The notes: generated by a model from the sequence alone, not told the origin. Positions 21,074 through 30,265 are shown, counted from the first letter of the stretch. The stretch is DNA of 35,774 nucleotides from Candidatus Omnitrophota bacterium (GCA_037143495.1 JBAWYO010000002.1:1-35774); one strand, 5' to 3'. Numbers and translations are program-made.

Positions 21074-23815
21074 ATGATCAATTGGTGCAAGCGAAAAAAA
21101 GGCCTTATTACTGCTGTTGTATGTGCGATCGTTCTGGTAGCGTCTGCGCCGGCGTGGGCATCTGATATTTCCAAGATCGACAATGTACAGATCGTGGCTG
21201 ATAACGACGGCAGAAATCCCGGGCATACCGCAAGCGGGGAATATATAGAGCTGCTTGTTTCGGGTCCGGTGGTCGACGGCTCCGATCATTATATAAACAC
21301 GCGTTTTTTCTCGGATTATACCCATATCTACGTTGCTACGCAGATGGATAGCACTTTAAATGTTAGCGGTACGATTACCGGTAATTTAACCGGCAATGTC
21401 ACGGGCAACGCATCGACCGCCACCAACGCTACGTACGCCACTACCGCGGGCGCGGTTGATGCCGGCAACTTGACCGGCACGACGTTGGCCAGCAATGTTG
21501 TTAATTCCAGTTTAACGTCGGTCGGGAATCTGACCGGTTTGGATGTTGACGGAACGACCACACTGACGAGCGCGTTAAACGGGCACAGCATTACGGTCAG
21601 CAACGCGGGAACGACGGTCGCGGGCGGCCTGACGGTCAGCAGCAGCGGAGCATCGATCACGGGTGGGATCGATAATAACACGGGCGGCATCACCAATGCC
21701 GGCGCAATATCGGGAGCTACGTCAGCGGTGATCGATAATATTCATATCAGCGACGCGACGAGCGGAGAGAACAATATCAGCGGCGTCACGACCTATTACG
21801 CGACGGATGGAACGAGGAATACGATCACCATGGACGGGACGACCGGCAATATCACCGCCGGCAATACCGGGAACGCCGGCGCTATCTATGTCAAAGACGC
21901 TTCGAATCACAGTAATGTAACCCTTGATGGCGTTGGCGGGACCTCGTCGGGCGGGCAGGTGACCGTCGCCAACGGCAGCGGGACGACGCAGATCACCCTT
22001 GATGGCGGTAACGGGAATATGACATCGGTGGGCGGCGTGATCCAGACCGGCACTGGCGCGGCTGCGATCTCTCTGGATGGGTCGAACGGGAACGCTTCGA
22101 TCGGCGGGAATCTGGATATGACCAACGGGAGCGTTAATAATGTGGCTACGCTCAACGCCTACAACGGCACACGCAATACGGTCGTCGTTAACGGGAATAA
22201 TACCGGCAACGGCCTTATTACCGTCGGGAATACAACGGGCAACAGCGAATCGGGCGCGATCAATCTCACCGACGGGTCGAACAACAGTATTACGTTAGCG
22301 GGGTCGACGGGTATCGCCACGATCGGCAACGCCGCCCACAGCGGGACCATTAAGGTTGTCGATGCTTCGGGCACGACCGGTGTGCAGCTGACCGGCGCCG
22401 GCGCGGGGACCTTCGGCAATCTCACCGATACCGCGGGATCGATCAATGTCACCAACGGAGCCACCGGGTACAACACGGTTACCTTAAATGGTACGGGCGG
22501 TACCGTTGCCAATAGCGGGCTGATGACCGTCCAGAGCGCCGCGGGTACGACCACGGTCAAGATCGACAGTTCCGGCAGTTCCGGCGGCGGTCAGATCAGC
22601 GTCGATAACAGCGCAGGCTATACCAACGCGCAGATCAACGGCGCCGGCACTATGACGCTTGGTAATACCAGCAACGCCGGGCACTACGTGAGCGGCGCGC
22701 TCAGCCTGGCGAATGGGACGGCGGGTAATAACGGCATTGTCCTTAACGGCGCCGGCGGCACCAATCCGAATACCGGCCTCTTGCAGGTCAATAACAGCTC
22801 GGGGAACGCCATCGCGTCCCTCAACGGCAGCGGGAGTTCGGTCATCGCCAACGGGTTTGCGGCGTATAGCGCCGGGACCGCCGCCTCGCACAGCGGCAGT
22901 AATGGTATTATCGTTACCGGCTCCGGCAACAGCAACACGTTGACGGTCGGTAATACGGCGGATACCGTCATGTCATTTACTGACGACACCGCGGCGCACA
23001 CGGTCTTTAACAGGACCGTTACCAACGGGTCAAGCATTACGGGAGGCGCTTCGATTTATGCGGGCGCCGGCGCGGTTTCTGATAACAGCATTTCCGTCAC
23101 GACGACCAAAAGCACGACCGTCAACGGCAATACGGTCAATTATGGGACGTATGTCAACGGTGGTATGCTTGTTGACGGTTCTTTAGGCGTCAACGGTAAC
23201 ATCTATACACTCAAGAGCGACGCCAACGCGTCGATCAATGTCGCCAACAATGGCTTAAATATCGCGGGCGCCACGAATGACGTTACGCTGACCTCAGATA
23301 ACAACGGCGCGCCTAGCGACGGCCGCGCTCAGCTGAACCTGACGCCGACGACTGGTTCGATGTTGGTTACGAATACAGGCACCGGGCATACGGAGGGTAT
23401 CAGTATCGGGCAGACCGAGACGGTCGTTTCCGGCGGTACTCATTCCACGAGCGTGACGTATAACGATTGGGGCGCGACATTCAAGAACGACGAGACGGGC
23501 GGGCCGGCGCGCGTGACCGGTATCGCCGACGGAAGTGAAGATTATGACGCGGTCAACTATCGCCAGTTAAAGGATATCAGGAACGCCGCCTACGCAGGAT
23601 CGGCCAACGCCGCGGCCCTGGCGGCCATTCCGCCGGTCGCTCCGGGGAAGACATTTTCGCTTGGAGCAGGATATGGTAATTATAAAGGCATGAACGCAAT
23701 CGCGACCGGGGTTAAGGTGGTCGTCGGTTCTAAGAAAGATATTATACTCTCCGGTGGTGTCAGCCACTGCGATCGCGAGATCAGCTCGAACGCGGGTTTA
23801 GGGTATAGCTGGTAA
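21074..23815 (+). CDS. trimeric autotransporter adhesin (YadA-like C-terminal anchor) with G/T/N/S-rich repetitive passenger
   Basis: C-terminus DAVNYRQLKD...AALAAIP...GKTFSLGAGYGNYKGMNAIATGVKV...LSGGVSH...NAGLGYSW matches a YadA-type 4-strand anchor. Signal peptide is MINWCKRKKGLITAVVCAIVLVASAPAWA. Start set at ATG 21074 (AGGAGG 21061-66, 7-nt spacing); ATG 21044 is the alternative. Confidence 0.8.
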   Translation: MINWCKRKKGLITAVVCAIVLVASAPAWASDISKIDNVQIVADNDGRNPGHTASGEYIELLVSGPVVDGSDHYINTRFFSDYTHIYVATQMDSTLNVSGTITGNLTGNVTGNASTATNATYATTAGAVDAGNLTGTTLASNVVNSSLTSVGNLTGLDVDGTTTLTSALNGHSITVSNAGTTVAGGLTVSSSGASITGGIDNNTGGITNAGAISGATSAVIDNIHISDATSGENNISGVTTYYATDGTRNTITMDGTTGNITAGNTGNAGAIYVKDASNHSNVTLDGVGGTSSGGQVTVANGSGTTQITLDGGNGNMTSVGGVIQTGTGAAAISLDGSNGNASIGGNLDMTNGSVNNVATLNAYNGTRNTVVVNGNNTGNGLITVGNTTGNSESGAINLTDGSNNSITLAGSTGIATIGNAAHSGTIKVVDASGTTGVQLTGAGAGTFGNLTDTAGSINVTNGATGYNTVTLNGTGGTVANSGLMTVQSAAGTTTVKIDSSGSSGGGQISVDNSAGYTNAQINGAGTMTLGNTSNAGHYVSGALSLANGTAGNNGIVLNGAGGTNPNTGLLQVNNSSGNAIASLNGSGSSVIANGFAAYSAGTAASHSGSNGIIVTGSGNSNTLTVGNTADTVMSFTDDTAAHTVFNRTVTNGSSITGGASIYAGAGAVSDNSISVTTTKSTTVNGNTVNYGTYVNGGMLVDGSLGVNGNIYTLKSDANASINVANNGLNIAGATNDVTLTSDNNGAPSDGRAQLNLTPTTGSMLVTNTGTGHTEGISIGQTETVVSGGTHSTSVTYNDWGATFKNDETGGPARVTGIADGSEDYDAVNYRQLKDIRNAAYAGSANAAALAAIPPVAPGKTFSLGAGYGNYKGMNAIATGVKVVVGSKKDIILSGGVSHCDREISSNAGLGYSW

Positions 23816-23908
23816 GGATCGGCTAGTACATAGTTTGCGGGAATGTAGGGTGAGCCGATTTTAGCGTCTATGTAATTTTACCGTTATCTCATAGTTTTTG
23901 AGAGAAGA

Positions 23909-23947
23909 AAATGGCCATGATCAATCATCGTGATCATGGCCATTTTA
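23909..23947. terminator. perfect 16-bp palindromic hairpin between adhesin and MFS genes
   Basis: AAAATGGCCATGATCA-atcatcg-TGATCATGGCCATTTT. Confidence 0.5.
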
Positions 23948-24030
23948 TGGGAAGAATCTGACCATGAAATTGACGTATCGTCTGCCAGGGGAAATAAAAC
24001 CGGTGATTTCGAAAAGATGAGTGGCAACGA

Positions 24031-24059
24031 TAGTAAATTTTTGCGGACGGTGGTATAAT
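24031..24059 (+). promoter_or_regulatory. extended -10 promoter for the MFS gene
   Basis: TGgTATAAT 24051-59 with a weak -35 TAGTAA 24031-36. The GAGGGGG SD lies before TTG 24077. Confidence 0.4.
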
Positions 24060-24076
24060 CGCGCAGAGGGGGAACC

Positions 24077-25495
24077 TTGTCGCAGAATGTCGTGAAGCAT
24101 CCCGTATCCGATACTTCTTCCGCCGTGTCACACCGGCGCATCGTCATTGCCAGCATGGTCGGCACGACCATCGAGTTCTACGACTTCTACATCTATGCAA
24201 CGGCTGCTGTTTCCGTCTTTCCGATCCTTTTCTTCCCCAGGAGCGATGCGGGCGCGGCGCTCCTGGCCTCGATGGCGACCTTCGGGGTCGCCTTTGTGGC
24301 GCGACCCATCGGCTCCGTTCTTTTCGGACATTTCGGGGATCGGATCGGGCGCAAGGCTACCCTGGTCAGTTCGCTCCTGACGATGGGGATCGCGACGTTC
24401 CTGATCGGTCTTCTCCCGACGTTCATGCAGATCGGCCTGCTGGCGCCCGTTCTCCTGACGGTTTTGCGCTTCTCCCAGGGGTTGGGTCTCGGCGGCGAGT
24501 GGTCGGGGGCGGCTCTCCTGGCGACCGAGACGGCCGTCAAAGGGAAGCGGGCCCGGGCCGCAATGTGGCCGCAGTTGGGGGCGCCGTTCGGATTTATTCT
24601 CGCCAACGGTTTCTTCCTGTTACTCACGATGTTATTCCACTACAATTCCACGCAGGATCGGTCGCAGGGTGATTTTCTTGCCTGGGGATGGCGTATCCCG
24701 TTTCTGGCATCGTGCGTCATGGTAGCGGTGGGGTTGTACGTGCGGGTTAAGCTCAACGAGACGCCGGTCTTCGCGAGGGCCGTGGCACGCGGAGAGAAGC
24801 TCAAACAGCCCGTAACCGTTGTATTCCAGAAACATCGAAAGGAACTCGTCCTCGGCACCTTCATCATGCTTGCCACCTACGGGGTCTTCTATTTGATGAC
24901 GACCTGGATACTTTCGTATGCGATCGGCAAAGCGGAGCTGGGTTTTCTGGGGATCGGCTACAGCCGTTTCCTGGTCTTACAACTTATTTCCGTGCTTTTC
25001 TTCGCGGGGATGGTCCCGGTTGCCGGCGCTCTTGCGGACAAGTATGGCCGCCGCAGCTTCCTGATGGTGGTGACGACCGCCATCATCCTCTTCGGTTTTT
25101 CATTCGGTTTTTTTCTTGATCCTGCGGTCATGGGGGTGGGAGCGCAGGTCAGCGCAGGGCTCATGTTGCTGTTCCTTTGCATCGGTATGGCGCTGATGGG
25201 GCTGTCGTTCGGGCCGATGTCAGCCGTCCTGCCGGAGCTCTTCTCGACGAACGTGCGGTACACCGGTTCCGGGATCGCCTACAACGTTTCCTCGATCCTC
25301 GGTGCCGCCCTGACCCCGTTCGTCGCTGTCTGGCTCGCGAAGAACCACGGGGTCGGTTCCGTCGGGATCTATCTCTCCGTTCTGGGCGTACTGACGTTCG
25401 CGGCGCTCTGGTTCTCTAAAGAGACAAAGCATACCGATCTTGATACACTCGAGGATGCGAAGGCGACGGTTGGCATTGAAACGACATCGCCGTAG
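24077..25495 (+). CDS. MFS transporter, metabolite:H+ symporter-type
   Basis: MVGTTIEFYDFYIY and LFGHFGDRIGRK motifs with about 12 hydrophobic segments. TTG start. Confidence 0.8.
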   Translation: MSQNVVKHPVSDTSSAVSHRRIVIASMVGTTIEFYDFYIYATAAVSVFPILFFPRSDAGAALLASMATFGVAFVARPIGSVLFGHFGDRIGRKATLVSSLLTMGIATFLIGLLPTFMQIGLLAPVLLTVLRFSQGLGLGGEWSGAALLATETAVKGKRARAAMWPQLGAPFGFILANGFFLLLTMLFHYNSTQDRSQGDFLAWGWRIPFLASCVMVAVGLYVRVKLNETPVFARAVARGEKLKQPVTVVFQKHRKELVLGTFIMLATYGVFYLMTTWILSYAIGKAELGFLGIGYSRFLVLQLISVLFFAGMVPVAGALADKYGRRSFLMVVTTAIILFGFSFGFFLDPAVMGVGAQVSAGLMLLFLCIGMALMGLSFGPMSAVLPELFSTNVRYTGSGIAYNVSSILGAALTPFVAVWLAKNHGVGSVGIYLSVLGVLTFAALWFSKETKHTDLDTLEDAKATVGIETTSP

Positions 25496-25582
25496 CGCAG
25501 CTGCTATAGTTTGCGGCAGAGAGTCAGTTTATATGCCGCGTATCACAGTAGCACTGATGAAAAGCAGTAAAAAGGGGCAGCT

Positions 25583-25948
25583 ATGAGTAAAAGCGCTATG
25601 AGCGTATTTGTGCATGGGGTCTACATAGTTTTTTTGGGAGTATTATTTTTATTTTTCCCAAACTCCTGCTTAGGGCTTCTGGGCATGAAGACAACCGGAG
25701 AAGTGTGGATCCGTGTCGCGGCCTGGTTCGTGCTCTGGCTGGGGGTCTATTATATCGTTGCCGCCCGCAGCGGATCGAAAGCATCTATTTATTTGACCTT
25801 GTACAGCCGCCCGGCATTTTTTCTTTTTCTGGCGACCCTGGCCGGCCTTAAGATGATAGAGCCCGTTTTTATGATCCTTGGCGCGGGAGATGTAGCGTCA
25901 GCGATCTGGACAGCCGCCGCACTGCGTTCTGAAAAAACTACCGCATGA
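25583..25948 (+). CDS. small integral membrane protein
   Basis: 121 aa with 4 hydrophobic segments. AAAGGGG SD. ATGA overlap with the next gene. Confidence 0.6.
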   Translation: MSKSAMSVFVHGVYIVFLGVLFLFFPNSCLGLLGMKTTGEVWIRVAAWFVLWLGVYYIVAARSGSKASIYLTLYSRPAFFLFLATLAGLKMIEPVFMILGAGDVASAIWTAAALRSEKTTA

Positions 25949-26655
25949 ATTTAATTGATTTCGGTTTTCAAAAATCAAACCTCTTCCAGCATATGCCGCT
26001 CTTTGACGAGATCCTCTATGTTGGGCATACCCAGGAGAAGGTGCGCCAGTATACCGCGATTCACGAGAACCGGACCTGCACCATCCTGTCGCTTAATTTT
26101 ATCCGCAATGATGAAAAGATCCTCTGGGACGCGGTAGAGGATTTTGTGAAAAGAGGCACCGCCAAAGCAGCCTCCAGCGTGCGCGGCAATCATATCTTCG
26201 ATCTCCTGACGATTGACATCCATAAAGAGATCGAGACGTTTAATTATAACGATCTTGCCGCCGTTATTATTGCCGCGGCGAGTCGCCTGGCCCCCGGAGG
26301 CGTCAGGATGATCAAGTACTCTTCCGCCTATGCGCTTATTCACAAAACGACCGCCGACGATTGGGGAAAGATAACCTTTAAGACCGCGGTAGATGTCTTC
26401 AGGCCCAAGCCCGATTATTTAGATATGCTTATCGCGATGCTTTTAAAGGATTATCTCTTTCCGCGCGATCCGGTCATTCTTTTGCTCAACGATTTGAGCC
26501 AGAATCCTGTTTTTGATCTCCAGAACGAGACGCAGCAAAAGAGGATCAAAAAAGTCATGGGAGAGCTTATTCCTACCTCCGTTGAATTTGTCCCCGAGGT
26601 CTATATCCAGGATAAGAACGGGGCGAGAGAACTGCTTTCGGGGTCTGCATTATAG
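25945..26655 (+). CDS. hypothetical protein (possibly degenerate class I methyltransferase-like fold)
   Basis: EILYVGHT, FDLLTIDIH and RLAPGGV loosely follow MTase motifs I, II and post-II, but the Gly-rich loop is absent. Confidence 0.4.
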   Translation: MNLIDFGFQKSNLFQHMPLFDEILYVGHTQEKVRQYTAIHENRTCTILSLNFIRNDEKILWDAVEDFVKRGTAKAASSVRGNHIFDLLTIDIHKEIETFNYNDLAAVIIAAASRLAPGGVRMIKYSSAYALIHKTTADDWGKITFKTAVDVFRPKPDYLDMLIAMLLKDYLFPRDPVILLLNDLSQNPVFDLQNETQQKRIKKVMGELIPTSVEFVPEVYIQDKNGARELLSGSAL

Positions 26656-26677
26656 TTATTCAAAATGAGAAACAGGG

Positions 26678-26911
26678 GTGGCTCTCGTGGTTTTCCGCTT
26701 GAAAACTGAATTTATAGAACTGGATAATCTGCTGAAGGCCGCTAATCTCGTTGAAAACGGTGCGCGGGCCAAAGAGTATATTTTGTCGGACGCCGTTTTC
26801 GTGAACGGGCAGGTTGAAAGACGCATCCGACGGAAGCTGCGGCCGGGAGATAGCGTCGTGCTCGGCGCGCAGACGGTCGATATCATCGCGCAGGGAGGCG
26901 AGCATGCCTGA
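26678..26911 (+). CDS. S4-domain RNA-binding protein (YbcJ-like)
   Basis: ELDNLLKAANLVENGARAKEYILSDAVFVNGQVERRIRRKLRPGDSVVL fits the small S4/YbcJ family. GTG start (26678 or 26687). Confidence 0.65.
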   Translation: MALVVFRLKTEFIELDNLLKAANLVENGARAKEYILSDAVFVNGQVERRIRRKLRPGDSVVLGAQTVDIIAQGGEHA

Positions 26912-27140
26912 CCGGGGTGAACGTGACCTGGGTCCGCAACCGGTCGCCGGGCTCATGGCTGAACACGGGTTAAAATCTCATGACCTGGTAGAGCATTCGA
27001 CCCGACAACTGACGCATAAGATGGTCAGTCGCGCGGTCAAGGGGAGGCGACTGACACCGAATATCCAGCGCAAGATCATGGACGCTTTGAATAAAGCCGC
27101 GGGAAAAGAGTACGGGTTGAAGGAGCTCTTTAACTATTAG
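26904..27140 (+). CDS. small hypothetical protein
   Basis: ATG 26904 with GGGAGG 5 nt upstream; overlaps the S4 gene's stop by 8 nt. 78 aa and basic. Confidence 0.45.
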   Translation: MPDRGERDLGPQPVAGLMAEHGLKSHDLVEHSTRQLTHKMVSRAVKGRRLTPNIQRKIMDALNKAAGKEYGLKELFNY

Positions 27141-27206
27141 CGATTTTCATATTTTTTTAAAGATGGAAGGCGATGCGAGCGGGCGGAGGAGGGTCCTGCT
27201 TGCTAA

Positions 27207-27238
27207 TAAAACCCTTCATATTTTTTTCGAAGGGTTTT
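27207..27238. terminator. 10-bp hairpin between convergent genes
   Basis: AAAACCCTTC-12 nt-GAAGGGTTTT. Confidence 0.5.
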
Positions 27239-27261
27239 ATTAGTGGTCGATTTCTCGAAAA

Positions 27262-27324
27262 CTATTTCTTTTTGGACGTCTTTTTCTTAGCTGTTTTCTT
27301 GGCTGCTTTCTTCTTTGCCGGCAT
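27262..27324 (-). CDS. candidate 20-aa lysine-rich microprotein
   Basis: Minus strand: AAGGGGG, 7 nt, ATG 27324, then MPAKKKAAKKTAKKKTSKKK and TAG at 27264-27262. An extended -10 TGcTATGAT lies at 27376-27368, and the hairpin at 27207-27238 is downstream. Confidence 0.35.
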   Translation of the reverse strand: MPAKKKAAKKTAKKKTSKKK

Positions 27325-27501
27325 TTTAACACCCCCTTTGCAGATCAATTTTACTTCTAGTACCTACATCATAGCACACTGTTACACAAAAAGGTTAAAC
27401 TATTTAAAAAAATAATTCCCCTCTATGCAAAGGGCTTTGTTTAGGGTACAATGATGCATCATTTTTCCGATCTTATTAATCGATAAAAGGATACGTTAAA
27501 A

Positions 27502-29388
27502 ATGGCTCTGATAAGCTTACAGGAGATCACGCTGGCGTTCGGCGGTCCGCGTATTTTCGATCACCTGAACCTGCAGCTTGAAACCGGCGAGCGTATCGCC
27601 CTGCTGGGGCGTAACGGCACCGGAAAGACGACCCTGATGAAGGTGATGGCGCTCCGGCAGTCGGTCGACACCGGGAACGTTATTGTGCAAAAAGGGATCC
27701 AGGTCGGCCACCTGCCGCAGGAGGTCGATGCCGATATTTCCGGGACCGTTTTTGATGTTGTCCTCTCGGGGCTCGGCGCGCGCGCGGAACTTTTGAGTCG
27801 CTACCACCATCTTGCCCACCGGATGCAGACGGGGCATGCCCCGGAACTGATGCGTGAGCTCGGCGAGTTACAGGAGAAGCTCGATCACACCGGGGGTTGG
27901 GACCTGGACTATCAGGTCGAAGAGGTGATTACCAGGATGAAGCTCGACCCGGAGAGTGACTTTACGCTGCTCTCGGGCGGGCAAAAGCGTCGGGCGCTTC
28001 TGGCCCGGGCGCTCGTGCTTAAACCTGAAGTTCTCCTGCTCGACGAACCAACGAACCATCTCGATATCGATTCCATGCTCTGGCTCGAGGGGTTTTTACT
28101 CAAGTATCCGGGTACTGTTCTCTTTGTGACGCACGACCGTATGTTCATGGGCCGGGTAGCGACCAGGATCCTTGAGCTCGATCGCGGAAAGATCTTCGGC
28201 TGGTCGTGCGATTATAAGACTTTTCTTGAGCGCAAACAGGCCGCGCTTGATAACGAAGAGGCCCGCTGGGATCGTCTCGACAAGAGGTTGGCAGAAGAAG
28301 AGATCTGGATCCGCAAAGGCGTCAAGGCGCGCACCTGTCGCAGTGAAGGGCGTGTCAAAGCGCTTGAGCGCTTACGGGAAGAGAAGAAGGCCCAGCGCCA
28401 GGCGATCGGCCAGGTACGCATGCACGCGCAGAAGGCGGCTCCTTCGGGCCACCGGATCGCGAAGATCACGCACCTTACCTTCGGGTACGGCGAAAAACCG
28501 CTCGTCAGGGACCTGACGACCCAGATCATGCGCGGCGACAGGATCGGTGTTATCGGGCCCAACGGCAGCGGCAAGACGACCCTGTTGCGGCTCCTGCTGG
28601 GCACGCTCACGCCCCAGAGCGGTACCGTCAGCCTGGGAACGGACCTGAAGATCGCGTATTACGATCAGCTTCGCGCGCAGCTGGACGAGGAGAAGAATGT
28701 CGCCCAGAATGTCAATGAAGGTTCCGACACGATCGTTATCAACGGTAAGCCGCGGCATATTCTCGGCTATCTGCAGGATTTTCTCTTTACCCCCGATCGA
28801 TCACGCACGCCGGTTAAAGTCCTCTCGGGCGGGGAACGTAACCGGCTCTTTCTCGCGCGGCTCTTTTCAAAACCATCGAATGTTCTGGTGATGGACGAAC
28901 CCACTAATGATCTGGACATCGAGACGCTCGAGCTTCTGGAAGAATTACTCCTCGAATATCCCGGGACGATCCTGCTCGTCAGCCATGATCGGGCGTTTCT
29001 CAACAATGTCGTGACCTCGACGATGGTCCTTGAGGGGGAGGGCGTGATCAACGAGTATCCCGGCGGGTATGATGATTGGCTCAGCCAGCGTAAGCAGGCC
29101 GCGCCGGCGCCGGCAAAATCAAAACCGGCGCCCGAGGTGGTCCGGCCGAAAAAAGAACCCGCCGCGCGCAAGCTCTCGATCAAGGAAGGGCAGGAACGGG
29201 ATGGTCTCCCGGCGCTGATCGAGAAGCTGGAAGCCGAGCAGCAAGAGATCTTCGCCCGTCTCGCTGATCATCATTTTTACCAGGGTGATCCCGCCCAGGT
29301 CGAGCAGGCCAGGGCGCGGTCAGCGGCCCTGGCGCAGGAGCTTGAGCGGGCGTATCAGCGCTGGGAATATCTGGGCGAATTTCCTTGA
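27502..29388 (+). CDS. uup: ABC-F family ATPase (Uup-like)
   Basis: Two ABC cassettes (GRNGTGKTT and GPNGSGKTT Walker A, LSGGQKRR and LSGGERNR signatures), no TM domain, and a charged coiled-coil C-terminal tail. Confidence 0.85.
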   Translation: MALISLQEITLAFGGPRIFDHLNLQLETGERIALLGRNGTGKTTLMKVMALRQSVDTGNVIVQKGIQVGHLPQEVDADISGTVFDVVLSGLGARAELLSRYHHLAHRMQTGHAPELMRELGELQEKLDHTGGWDLDYQVEEVITRMKLDPESDFTLLSGGQKRRALLARALVLKPEVLLLDEPTNHLDIDSMLWLEGFLLKYPGTVLFVTHDRMFMGRVATRILELDRGKIFGWSCDYKTFLERKQAALDNEEARWDRLDKRLAEEEIWIRKGVKARTCRSEGRVKALERLREEKKAQRQAIGQVRMHAQKAAPSGHRIAKITHLTFGYGEKPLVRDLTTQIMRGDRIGVIGPNGSGKTTLLRLLLGTLTPQSGTVSLGTDLKIAYYDQLRAQLDEEKNVAQNVNEGSDTIVINGKPRHILGYLQDFLFTPDRSRTPVKVLSGGERNRLFLARLFSKPSNVLVMDEPTNDLDIETLELLEELLLEYPGTILLVSHDRAFLNNVVTSTMVLEGEGVINEYPGGYDDWLSQRKQAAPAPAKSKPAPEVVRPKKEPAARKLSIKEGQERDGLPALIEKLEAEQQEIFARLADHHFYQGDPAQVEQARARSAALAQELERAYQRWEYLGEFP

Positions 29389-29412
29389 TATAGGCGGCAG
29401 ATCCGCTATAAT
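29385..29412 (+). promoter_or_regulatory. near-consensus sigma70 promoter overlapping the uup stop
   Basis: TTGATA 29385-90, 16 nt, TATAAT 29407-12. Confidence 0.5.
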
Positions 29413-29703
29413 AGGATCGTGAAGGCTTAGGACGGTTCTACCCCTACCCCGGCATGTTCTCCCCCCGAGAGAGGATGTCCGTGCATACCGGAGATCTCCA
29501 AGGAGCGCGCGCCTCATCAAAAAGATAAAACGGTCTTCCAGGACCCGGAAATGCAAATTCCTCAATTGTAAACAGATCCTGAGCATTTACAATCACGCGG
29601 GATATTGCCACGTGCATTTGCGGTGCGTTGAAAAAAAATAATAACGAGAGAACTATGGCGATCGACCCGGCAAGAGATTTTCCGGCAAAAAGAAAGAGGA
29701 GCT

Positions 29704-30123
29704 ATGAGCGAACACGTGCATGACGATGATTCTTCGGTGCCGGCGGCGACGGAGCAGGATCTGGCGGCTCTCATACGAAAGATGCAGCAGCAGTTAACGT
29801 TTTTGGAGAAGAAGATAGATATCCTGATCAACCAGTCGGCGGCAAACGCGCCACGAGAGAATCATTTTTCGAAACCGTTCCGGCCGACGGCGCGGCCGCC
29901 GCGGGAGGGCAACTTCTCGAAACCGTTCCGGCCCTTCGAGCGTTCACACCGCCCGTTCGAGCGGACGCACGGAAAACCCTCAGGAGAAAAGAGCTTCGAC
30001 CGACATCCGCAAGAGAGCGGCTTCGGCCAGGGGCGTCCGTATAAGAAACGCTACGAAGGCGAAAAGAGGGGATTTGACCAGAAGAAGAAGCCGTTCCATT
30101 TTGCGCGGAAAGAGCGCGGATAA
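29704..30123 (+). CDS. basic low-complexity protein with coiled-coil N-terminus and FSKPFRP repeats
   Basis: GAGGAG SD. N-terminus DLAALIRKMQQQLTFLEKKIDILINQ, then NHFSKPFRPTARPPREGNFSKPFRPFERSHRPFERTHGKP. Confidence 0.6.
   Translation: MSEHVHDDDSSVPAATEQDLAALIRKMQQQLTFLEKKIDILINQSAANAPRENHFSKPFRPTARPPREGNFSKPFRPFERSHRPFERTHGKPSGEKSFDRHPQESGFGQGRPYKKRYEGEKRGFDQKKKPFHFARKERG
29866..29933 (+). repeat. intragenic 20-nt direct repeat with 48-nt period
   Basis: TTTTCGAAACCGTTCCGGCC (29866-85) and TTCTCGAAACCGTTCCGGCC (29914-33). Confidence 0.85.
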
Positions 30124-30179
30124 GAACAGATAGCGTATTCAGGACGGCCGGTAAAAAAAGACGGTCACGCGAAGATTAG

Positions 30180-30217
30180 GGGCTATTGATCGAAGTTCGG
30201 TCAATAGCCCTTTTTTT
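30180..30217 (+). terminator. rho-independent terminator
   Basis: GGGCTATTGA-11 nt-TCAATAGCCC followed by T7 at 30211-30217. Confidence 0.75.
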
Positions 30218-30265
30218 GCCGGCGCCGCCCCGGACGGGCAGGTATGGTCCGCGACAGAGTAAAAA

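Noticed and set aside
21328-23037. Series of 80-135-aa minus-strand ORFs inside the adhesin gene
   Set aside because: They are antisense shadows of a compositionally biased, repeat-rich coding region (Pro/Val/Leu-rich translations, no starts with SD). The plus-strand ORF has a signal peptide and a YadA-type anchor.
27173-27415. 80-aa plus-strand ORF (MRAGGGGSCLLIKPFIFFSKG...)
   Set aside because: It spans a terminator hairpin and the antisense of the Lys-rich mini-gene (hence the Phe-rich translation). It has no SD and no domain.
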